Shown in pieces: positions 54,301 through 64,000 of a DNA stretch of 64,000 nt. The notes beneath the pieces are model-generated. The model saw only the letters and a program-made list of their open reading frames with translations. It did no database searches and was not told the DNA's origin. Both the position numbers and the translations under genes were made by a program. The first letter of the stretch is position 1. Each line of letters opens with the position of its first letter. The stretch comes from Hormiphora californensis (taxonomy: Eukaryota > Animalia > Ctenophora): positions 2,666,001 to 2,730,000 of the forward strand of contig CM035356.1 in the NCBI GenBank assembly GCA_020137815.1, read 5' to 3'.

Positions 54301-56352
54301 GAGTCTAGTGAATAAAACTACTGATACACTACGTTATCCCTCATCCCTCCGTCTCACATGGCGTTACTAAATCCCCCCGACCCTCCCAGGTTATGGACAG
54401 TAACCCGGCAGTAACAAAGGAACCGTATGGGTACGTCCACCTCAACTTGTCCTATATGCCACGTGGCATGGGTAGAGAGGACTGGGCCATTATGGACATT
54501 ATACCTGAGTACGTGGAACCACCAAAGGTACGTGTCAAGGTGTTTCTTCCGCGAGACATGGGAGACACGGGACAAATAGGGTAAGCTGGGGTAAAATGGC
54601 CCACTTTTTAACGTTTTAGGTTCTAAAATACGCAATTTATACAGCAGGAAGAAAAAAATTATATAGGCTATCCAATGAAACCTTTTCCTTTCAGCCGAGC
54701 TAAATTTTAAAATCTACAAGTTTTATTTAATGGGTTAATTAATCAATTCAAATAATTTGGTGAGGCGTTTTTTGGAAAATTTGCACCGGGGCAAAGTGGC
54801 CCAAGCCAATAGCATTGCTCGATTTTATCACGTGCCTGGTGTTGTTAGACGAAACGATCAAACTAGGGGCAAAGTGGCCCATGTTCTGCACCGGAACATG
54901 GGCCACTTTGCCCCTAATTTGATCGTCTGTATTACATTTTTGTGCATTCCAATGTCACGTGGTATTGCAGGCGCAATTTCATTGGTCCTAGAGGTGGGCC
55001 ACTTTGCCCCAGACCGGACCACTTTGCCCCGGAGAGTGGGCCATATTTGCCCCGATTTCACAAAATCGACAATTAAGACAACAAAAATGCCAATTTCTTC
55101 AAAAATTTTTATACCACGTTTTAGAGAATTATAAAGCCTAACTGGCAGTTTTTGCAAAATTAAAATCGGCCAACCCAAACAGAAATGACAGCAGTTTTAA
55201 AGCGAAAATTCGGAACAGAACGAGCAGGTCTCCGCTGGAGAAAAAGTCACGTGACGACATGTAATAACTAGGGCCACTTTGCCCCATACATGGGCCACTT
55301 TACCCCGCGGGCCATTTTACCCCAGCTTACCCTAGTACCTAAGTGCATGACGGGTGTATCAGTAGTACACAAGAGTACTGATTCAGTACTCTTGTGCACT
55401 AGAGTTGCATGAACTGCTTCTCCTACTCTGCATTACTCTCTAATGTTCATTTGTTCAATAATAATAATGTTGAATAATTCCTGATACCAGGGTAAAGACG
55501 AAGTGTTTGATCCTGATGATACCCCCGAGGATCGCCCTCCTAAAATCATCTTTGTTAACCTCTACAAAGCCAAGAAAGTACAAGGTAGGAAGCTAATAGA
55601 TCTGCAACCATTTACAATCCTTATATTATGTTTAATTTTTTGCCATTTCTACGTTCTCCTTACCCGCCTCTTCACAGTTCCCAAGACCCAACCTCCCTCT
55701 CTATCATCCTCTAGCTTTCTATCATTCTCTCACCCCTCACCCCCCTTCCCAGGTTGGTACCCGCTGTACAGGAAGCAGGGCGACTACCTGATCAAGAACG
55801 GTACCATTTTCCTGGAGTTGGAGGTGATGAGCAAGGAACAGGCGGAGAAGAGACCCGCTGGATTTGGACGTCACCCACCCAACACCAATCCAACTATACC
55901 TGAACCCATGTAAGCTTGAGATGAGCAGACTTTTCCAGACAGTATCGTGCTGTTAGGCGTCGCTTTTGATTTGGTCTTACGTGAGAGTATGAACAATACA
56001 AATGACAGAGTATTTCACCATTATTAACATTTAACACCCTATAACACTCTCAACCCCATTCTATTCAGCCGTGTAACGACTGAGTTCGGAGGTTTGGACG
56101 CTAAAGTTCGAACTGTAAAGTTCATCTGGAAGTCTCCAAACAGACTCAAATTTATCCTGGCTATTATTGCCCAAGTCTTTGGTCTCATTTTCGGAGCCCT
56201 AATGTTCAATGCACCGGTATGTATCAGGGAGATTCAAAAGGTGGTTCCACAGTATTTCAAGATTAGGAGATGGTAATTGACAATTATTTTAAAACATTTT
56301 TAATAAAACTGTCATATTTCAGAGTTCGATAATGGCCTCAGTGACTGGATAA
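40509..56352 (+). CDS. Ferlin (type 1, DysF-containing; myoferlin/dysferlin-like), many small exons
   Basis: C2A MSLSVHAVKGVNLP..SKVFDNSLNPEWNE; C2C DPYVTLSYGG..YNPVF; ferlin motif FDPQFGPCYLNFYGRPRE..GVAFRGRL; DysF GWQYA..RRRMWIRER and GWDYA..RRRRWRR; IGETRIDLENR; QGRLLMWVDIFP; GDGMFNWRFKFNF; RPAGFGRHPPN.NP.IPEP; C-terminal TM FILAIIAQVFGLIFGALMFNAP; 46140-47610 is degenerate or frameshifted. Confidence 0.93.
42009..42654 (+). mobile_element. DINE-1/HINE-like element, copy 3, in a ferlin intron
   Basis: TTTTTTCCCTGCCCGGGTGATT..., (GTCC)n, GGCAGGGAAA, stem-loop, AATTCTTGTT end; reverse complement of copies 1 and 2. Confidence 0.82.
45982..46113. mobile_element. Short TA-flanked Tc1/mariner (pogo-like) MITE
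   Basis: TA|CAGTCGGACCCCG...CGGGGTCCGACTG|TA with internal CCCCGATTTAG repeats. Confidence 0.85.
46488..46622. repeat. ~34-bp minisatellite next to a ferlin splice acceptor
   Basis: CCCCTCTCTCTCAGTTATCGATGCATGTAACGAG x4. Confidence 0.8.
54080..54327. mobile_element. Small nested palindromic MITEs
   Basis: Outer IR TATCAGTAGTTT.ATTCACTAGACTCACTA; inner IR TACAAGTAAAACAAGGAAGTTTTAGT at ~54168-54286. Confidence 0.6.
54579..55332. mobile_element. TA-flanked MITE with GGGTAAGCTGGGGTAAAATGGCCC TIRs
   Basis: 24-bp perfect TIRs, TA on both sides, repeated subterminal GGGGCAAAGTGGCCCA motifs in both orientations. Confidence 0.85.
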
Positions 56353-56949
56353 GTTGCAGTTACTTCCTGCAACAGTGGCACCAACGCAGTGATGTATTAC
56401 CCCGGGGGCCTGTCTGTAGCACCAACATACAGACTTATACTGGATGCAGGTGTAATACTGATACGAGTTGAATCTGGACAATATAGAATGGGATTGGGAC
56501 AGGCAAATGTGTGAACAATAATAATAGATGTCTGGGCGGGTCCCACAGAGCTGGGAAGAGTCAGTTAGTGTGCCCGGTGCCGTGTGATCATGTGTGATCT
56601 TTGCATGGTAGGCATAGCTTATTTTGTAATTTGAACTTGAAGTATATTGAGGCGAGTGTAATGATGAAACTAAATACCAGATTGATATTAAAATTGCTAT
56701 TTGTATTTTGTCGCTATTGATTATTTTGAATGTTGACCATTCTGATTCTGACAAAAAATAAATGTGTTATTTTAGTAACAAAACACACATGCAAACAACA
56801 TACAAAACGTGATACTGAACCCAAAAACAACTAATAAATAACCACTACACATTTCAAAACGTGTGTAAAACCATTCCAAATATAATCCACAATTGGCACG
56901 CGCAAATATAATCACGCGCCTATAAGCCGCGCAGTAATTGATTTATTAA

Positions 56950-57831
56950 CCCTTTGGGGACGATAAGCCCCCTGTCGACAGAATTCTCTAAAACTTTCTG
57001 GAGACACTTACTTTGAACCTACTTAAACGTAGGAAAAGGAATTTTGGTTCTACCACCTGTATTTCTATTGGGTCACCTGTGACCCAATCGTCCCCTAACG
57101 CTAAAACAGGAATTGAGATTTCGCAGCAATTTTGCCCCATAACTCGAAAACCGTTCATTTTAGGCTCTATGTTTCTTCATAACACTTATATAAACCCGGC
57201 CGTTTTGCACATTTTGCACACCCTATGGACCTCTCTATCTCATCTGTAGCCGATTTTAGAATTTCAAAATTGGCCGAGATGAAAAATTTTCTGAAGGAGC
57301 ACGGATCTCAAAAAAATTTTTATCGACTCCCTTGGATGTTGAGATAACAATGATGGAGTCGGTTAGTCGCTAGCACCTGTTTAAAAAATGCCGTTTTGGA
57401 CTTTTATCGGCGGCCATTCCTTTAGAAATGCTCGTAAAATGAAAATTTCTGTTTTAGCGTTAGGGGACGATTGGGTCACTGGTGACCCAGCACTTTGGAG
57501 ACCTCTGAGAGGCACAAAATTTGCAATATCACCCTGAAACTTTACCCCGGAGTAAAATATACACTTTTCTTGCATTTTCCAAGTCCATTTTAAGCATACT
57601 CGTACCAATTTTGAGATATGGCCATTAAACTACCCATTTTGCCTACCAAATGCACTGTTTTAGCCCTGTTTTCCGAAGTCGACGACTTCAGAGGCTAAAA
57701 TCGACCTCAAAATGGTAGAAAAATGTATGTTTCAACCCTGGAAACAATTTAAAACTTTCAAACGTGGTCTAGAAAGACGCTAAATGGGTTCAAAGTATTG
57801 GGTCACCTGTGACCCAATCGTCTCCAAAGGG
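56950..57831. mobile_element. piggyBac-type non-autonomous element
   Basis: TTAA TSD (56946-56949, 57832-57835); TIR CCCTTTGG(G/A)GACGAT; internal palindrome TTGGGTCAC..GTGACCCA x3. Confidence 0.88.
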
Positions 57832-58120
57832 TTAAATCATAACTTTCCAAAAATGCAAATTCAGATCCGAAAATTCGACTTTCGGATTTTTACTTCCCGG
57901 ACAAGCCTCTCCTCCATTCTATCGTCTTTGAAGTTATTTATAGTCCTTCCTTTCGGCTCAATCTTATTCCTGATTTAGTTATCCGAAAAACTTACATCAA
58001 AACAGTTCACAATCGGTGTCAAAGTCACCCAGGGCCCGCCGAAACTCCGTCCCAAACAAGTCTGACAAATATAAAAGAAGCAACGAGTTTTTGAGAAGTG
58101 CTGTTCGCTATTGGTTTAGC

Positions 58121-60801
58121 TCATTTGCGTTTTGTCTTTTCTTTATATATTCCGAGACTTCTTCGATAGATGGCTTGTTCGTCCAGGCCCCCTGTAAACT
58201 GAGAGGGCAGGGCGGTACTTACTGACTGATAGAACTGTAGGGAAGAGGGCTGGCTTCGTATCAGATCACTCTTTTTTAGTAAAAACAACAACATGCGAGA
58301 ACAACATACAGAGATTTCCGATAAAACAGCACAATGTATCATTCGAGAGATTACTTACACAGGAAACTTACGCTAATTGGTATCGTTCGTTTAGTTCGCC
58401 TAGTGAAGGCCATCGAGGGGAAGACCGTCGTCTTGCAGCGAAACTCACCCTTCTCCCCGTTTGTCCTGATCGTGGGAGCTGGCGTTAGAATTCTGTGGGC
58501 CAAGTCGAGATATAATGCCCACATGCACTTTGATACATTGATACAGCAGCTCAGCGGTGTTTGCAGTGAACTAAGTTTAACTGCGGCATGCACTAACTAG
58601 ACACATGACACATCGACTAAGTGAGTTATATGAGTGCTGGAGAGGGATTACACAGCTCGCTTGCAAGATCATGTACATGTCACTATGTCTTGTACCAGAT
58701 CCATTCCACGCTGGCGGGAGTCTGCTCCTTGGACGACTGTCTACTGAATATCCGGGGGGAAGTTGCAAGGGATCGCGGGGGAGAAATGAAGTTGATGCGA
58801 TTCACTGAAGACGTTCGCCGGCAAGTTAACGGCCTAAAATATTGGGACAATAAAAGGGCCGGCACCGTCAAACAGGCAGTGTAAGTATGAATGAACTTGT
58901 GCAGCGATTTTAAAACTTTGGACTGTTATAATTGAATTTTCATCGGAAGCGCATGCACGGAGAAAGTAACAGTGAACCGGACCGTGATCTGATCAAAGGG
59001 GGTCTACCGCCAAACGATATACACCACTTCATGTCTATACTGTTTAATTAATGGAAGAGTGTAATACCGACACAAGAATGCGAAAGATGCATCATACTAC
59101 CTGTGGGTCATATAATGATCTACTACCTGTGAGTAGGAGTTGTCGGTGAGACAGGGGAATTAGTCTCAGTGGTGGGTTCCTCAGATCTCCTGATACTCTC
59201 TTCTAGCTCCCTCTCATCCAATACGACCACTCTGTGGTTCTGAACTCGCTGGGTAAAGGCATCACCTCCCTCTTTTAGGCGCAACATTGTCGCTATATCA
59301 TTCAGGTTGAACTTCACACTTCCCTAACGAGAAAGAAAACAACAATCGAATGAAGAATACATGCCAAGTTTTAGAATCTAAGATGGCCCGATTGAAAATT
59401 AAAATTTTTACCTTTCTGTCAGACTTTATGAGGCCATTTGAAAGAGCAAGATTCTCATCCTTCAGTTCCTTGATTTGCCGTTTGAGCTCTACAAAATCTG
59501 CAAAAGTTTTCCCATCTTTCAGAACCCGGATCTCAGCTTTGTGTTTTTCAATATCCTTGAGCAATGTTTCCACTAGCTCCTTCATCTTGTCTCTATCAGT
59601 CACTATCTGATCAATATCACCCTGTTGGGAGTACAACTTGTCAGTCACTATCTGGCCCGGGAAATGTGATCAGTAAAAGAGAGAGTTACTGATCCAGCTC
59701 ATTCTACAGATATGTTTAGTATCAAGATACACTTCTTGACGTCATACATTTCTTTGAGCGACTTGTTTCTCTAACTCCACTACTTCCCCTTTCTTCTCCT
59801 TGAACCGCTCCTCCATTGTACTGCGCTGGTTGTTTAACCGCTCCGTCAGACCCAGAAGTCTCTTGTTATCATTTCGCAGCCTCTGTACTTGTTCCGGGGG
59901 TATGGTCTTGGCCAACTGAAGGAATGGAATTTGTTTCAGGGAAAAAGGGAGGATCAGTACAAGTACAACAACATCAACAACAATTTAACTTGTTCAGACT
60001 GGCTCGTAGTGGCAACGAAAATACCAAAGAAAGCTGTTTACCTTATCCTTCAGGTCGACATTCTCCTTTTTTAGCCTCGAATTATCACTGGTTAGCTCTT
60101 CTAATCTCTTTCTCAGCGTTTCCACTGCTACTATATTCGGCTCCTGAAGGAACACACTGATAAAAACAAGCTGAATCTCGATACAAAACAGGAAACTATT
60201 GCAAGTACATACTCTAAATTCCTTATTTTCGGTAACCACTATGATATAATAAGAAGAGGGATTTTCACAAGGATATTATATATGAGGTGGGAAGGTTTTT
60301 TCTGGAAAGTACCTTCTCAGATTCTGTCATGGTTTACTGATGGCATCTCAGAGCTCACAGCTATATAATGAATTCTATAATAGCAATGATAGTGTAGAGA
60401 CAAAAAGTTGATTCTTCGCACAAACAATGTACACGGCAAAAACAAGAATTGCTTTTCGCTCTCTCTCTCCATCTTTCTCTCTCTCTCCAGCTCTCTCTCT
60501 CTCCAGCTCTCTCCTATTCTCTCTCTTGTGAAGCATTTAGCTGTAAGTCCTTCATGTTTTATCGCCTCAACTCACTCTTCTCGCACTCAAGAGTGTTTAA
60601 CAAGTCAAGAGATGTGTAAGTGAGATGGAGAGAGAGGGAAATAGTTATTAGTGACTACAAGCTCGTTCTTCAGATTGTGTTGAGATAGTGAGAAAGAGAA
60701 GGACATGGAGGGAGAGAAGGATAACGACAGAGGAAGGCAGAAAAAAGGTAGAGATCAGAGAGACAAAGAGAGAGGGAGAGAGAGAGAGAGGGAGAGAGAG
60801 A

Positions 60802-60849
<48 letters not shown>

Positions 60850-62471
60850 TATAGATAGAGAGAAACTTGTGTGACACATGGCAGGGGAGATCAATATCCA
60901 GATTGCACGTCAATGGATCCCACAAAAACCAGGATACAAGCTCTGACTGGTGGATACGCATGACTTCTCTCTCCCCCATGATTGGGCTTCTCGGTGATCT
61001 CTCGATGATCTCTACCCTCAAATAATCAGAAGATGATAGCTAAGCGAAATGTGTTAAACATGTTTAGCATTAAATGCTTAGCAAAAAAGTTGTCACGTGG
61101 CCGAACTTTACAGGACAGCAAGAGAAGAATTGGATTATTTTAAATCACACACACAATAAAGAGAAAAACAGAGTGGTAATAAATTCAGAACTACAGGGTG
61201 TCCCACTGTCTTTGCATCACCTGCGATTTTGGGTCATGACCGGGCTCCATTAAACTAACCAAAACTCATCGAAAAATTGGTCAAAATGGTTCTAACAAAA
61301 ACCAGTGTTCTAGAGAATTGTCTGGCGAACATTTTGGTTGCAAGATTGACTTTCCAAGTCTTACCAATCGTCAGATATATCGTCGTAAAGTCAAAATTAC
61401 GTGTTCATGAAATCCGACCGGGGTTCACGTTTCGAAAAATTCACAAATGCAAAGTTGCTCGGATCACATTACATCCTTCATAAGAGTTGTAGGAAATTGT
61501 CTGGCGGTCATTTTGGTACCCGGGTTTTTATCCTAGCTCAATGTTTAGAGTGTCTTATGACTGTCAGAACTGGAATTTTCCCAAAAGTGGTCTCAGGTAT
61601 CGCATTGCATTTTGCCCTGTTATGAAGCTCATAGGTGCTTGAATAACATCTTAGTGCATGATAGGGTTGAGATAGACCACTTGCGTATACTACACATTGA
61701 CAGGGGCCTTGCCAAATCGTCATAACAACCCTGTCAAGTGTCTAGATGAAATTGAGACGATATGTGCTGATTATCATGGGATTACACACGACACCGAGCC
61801 ACCTAATTAGGGGTTGTGAGCCGATACCAACTAAGACTCAGCATAGAAAAATCTTCATGTTCCTACAGTCATAACGCAACTTAAACGTAGAGCTATGGAA
61901 AAAACCATGGTATCAAAATGAACCTTAGACGATTCCAATGAAGCTCTTGTAAATTTCAAATCATTTTACCCATTTGTTGATGACACGTGATCCCCTCAAA
62001 AATGCTGGTTGAATTTCGTCTTTAGACAGTCATAAGACACTCTAAACATTGAGCTAGGATATAAACCCGGGTACCAAAATGACCGCCAGACAATTTCCTA
62101 CAACTCTTATGAGGGATGCAATGTGATCCGAGCAACTTTGCATTTGTGAATTTTTCAAAACGTGAACCCCGGTCGGATTTCATGAACACGTAATTTTGAC
62201 TTTACGACGATATATCTGACGATTGGTAAGACTTGGAAAGTCAATCTTGCAACCAAAATGTTCGCCAGACAATTCTCTAGAACACTGGTTTTTGTTAGAA
62301 CCATTTTGACCAATTTTTCGATGAGTTTTGGTTAGTTTAATGGAGCCCGGTCATGACCCAAAATCGCAGGTGATGCAAAGACAGTGGGACACCCTGTATT
62401 TCGTTTTGTTCACGAGACTACACGTGAGAGAGAGGGAGTGAGAGAGAGAGTGGGGAGTGAGAGAGAGAGTG

Positions 62472-62509
<38 letters not shown>

Positions 62510-63426
62510 AGGAGAAAGATAGAATCGGCTATATCTGTTGCTGTCGTTCTTTGAGAGTTCGCGCGCGTTGGGAGCGAGAGGCGCTTCCGCGTCTCTCTTC
62601 TCTCACTCCCTGCTCCCTTCCCGCGTATAGAAAAAGTAAGGATGCGCTAGTAAACAGATAGAATGGTCGAGGAAGACTATGCATGAAAGTAATGAGAAAA
62701 ACTGTGAGTCTCTCCTACAAGCATGCGGCGTATGGCAGCCTCCTGTCTAATTTGTTAAACTATTCGGAGTAAAAAACAGTGCATGAGGGATGACTTGTTT
62801 TGAAAAACAAGGTTTAAAACCTATAAAAAGACAGAGAGAGAGAGATGTTTGAGGCGACAAAGCGACTAGAGATCAATCAATTGAGTCATGATGACTAGGT
62901 TGATACAATTGTAATTGACAAGCAGCTTGAGTCAGGGCATCTTGTGAAGCTGATAGAAAGGGATGATTGATGAACACGCATTAAGAGGAACATGACATAA
63001 TCTGTATCAGGCACTGGCGAGGAATATTATACAGATCCGTGTTTGGGAAGCAATGGATGTCAATAGTACTACTGTTGAAAAGTTACGTAATGTTGTTGAC
63101 GATGAGTTTTATGTCTGCATGCTTATATATCATGATCATGTCCTAAAATACTCAATTGCCTGCATACTTATTCGGCTATATTGGCAGAGAACTAAAACAC
63201 AGCTCTACAAAAGAATAGCGTACTAAATTAAAAATGTTGCACTACAAAAAATATAAGGCTCCTCACGATGATCTCTATTCTCCCTCCCTCTCTCGACTCT
63301 CCCTCCCCCTCTCCCTCACCTCCATCTCTCTCTCTCCCACCCACAAACCTCATCTGATTCGTCGTGAAGGGAAACCACATCTTCAATTGTAGTGGTATCC
63401 GCAGTAGAGTGGGGACGGTTCATCAT
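58121..63426 (-). CDS. Coiled-coil protein, uncharacterised; exon chain partly frameshifted, ends uncertain
   Basis: Exons MNRPHSTADTTTIEDVVSLHDESDE, EPNIVAVETLRKRLEELTSDNSRLKKENVDLKDK, DKMKELVETLLKDIEKHKAEIRVLKDGKTFADFVELKRQIKELKDEN, KFNLNDIATMLRLKEGG with GT-AG borders; linkage of the 58121-58770 exons is a guess. Confidence 0.55.
61194..62396. mobile_element. Tc1/mariner-type non-autonomous element with ~370-bp TIRs
   Basis: TA|CAGGGTGTCCCACTG...CAGTGGGACACCCTG|TA; same 12-bp terminus as element 828-2393 but otherwise unrelated arms. Confidence 0.9.
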
Positions 63427-64000
63427 ATCAGAGGAAAAACTATACGAAAGATTAAATGGGCACACAGCTTTCAAGCGTGCTGAATGAAGTTTATTTCGTC
63501 TCTCTCCCTCGGCTGGTGTCTCTCTCTTTCCCTCTCTCTCTCTCAAGCATATATATAATGCGTATCAGACCATGTCTCTCTTTATGCATTTAAACATTGC
63601 TCAGGGGGGAGTTTTTCATAAAACTATATCTCTCATTGGAAGGCTAAAGGTCGAGTGCAAAAAACCATCAAAGCGTCCATGCGAAGGGAGACCACAAGAT
63701 ATGCCCACGACCAGGTCATATGATGGTATTATATGTATTGTATTATTATTAGATCAGAATATTTCGATTGGAAATGGCAAAACTATACTGCAAATGTACT
63801 GCAATTTACCAGATGCAATGATAAAAGACTGGGATGGCGGCAGGTGGTATTTGATCTATCGATACAGATTTACGAATATCTGTTAAACCTCTCCACAGAG
63901 ATGTATCTAGTGAAGACTCGATACAGATCTCCATCTACCGATGCATGACAATAGTAACACAGGATATATATTGGAAAGCAATATGTTCATTCGCTGAACT

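Overview
Eukaryotic (animal) genomic DNA with short GT-AG introns, compact genes and dense non-autonomous DNA transposons. The small repeats (CAGGAACCGACCGAATCAGG..., CAGTCGGACCCCGATTTAG...) resemble ones I recall from the ctenophore Pleurobrachia; this assignment is an inference. Genes in order: COG2 (5' exons), TMEM184C-like, POLG2-like, a C2H2 zinc-finger gene, a PCGF/BMI1-like RING-RAWUL gene, a class A GPCR lacking the opsin lysine, an Ala-rich orphan gene, a low-complexity ORF, a secreted mosaic protein (receptor L-domain, furin-like Cys, two F-type lectin domains, mucin, Tyr/Lys and acidic repeats), a small secreted acidic peptide precursor, a DysF-containing ferlin and a coiled-coil gene. 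Mobile elements include long foldback Tc1/mariner-type elements, Kolobok-, hAT- and piggyBac-type MITEs, three DINE-1/HINE-like Helentron derivatives and a truncated LINE nested in a MITE. A ~1.1 kb homopolymer block at 21.7-22.8 kb and scattered single-base frameshifts point to local assembly error. Gene models were spliced by eye; no searches were run.
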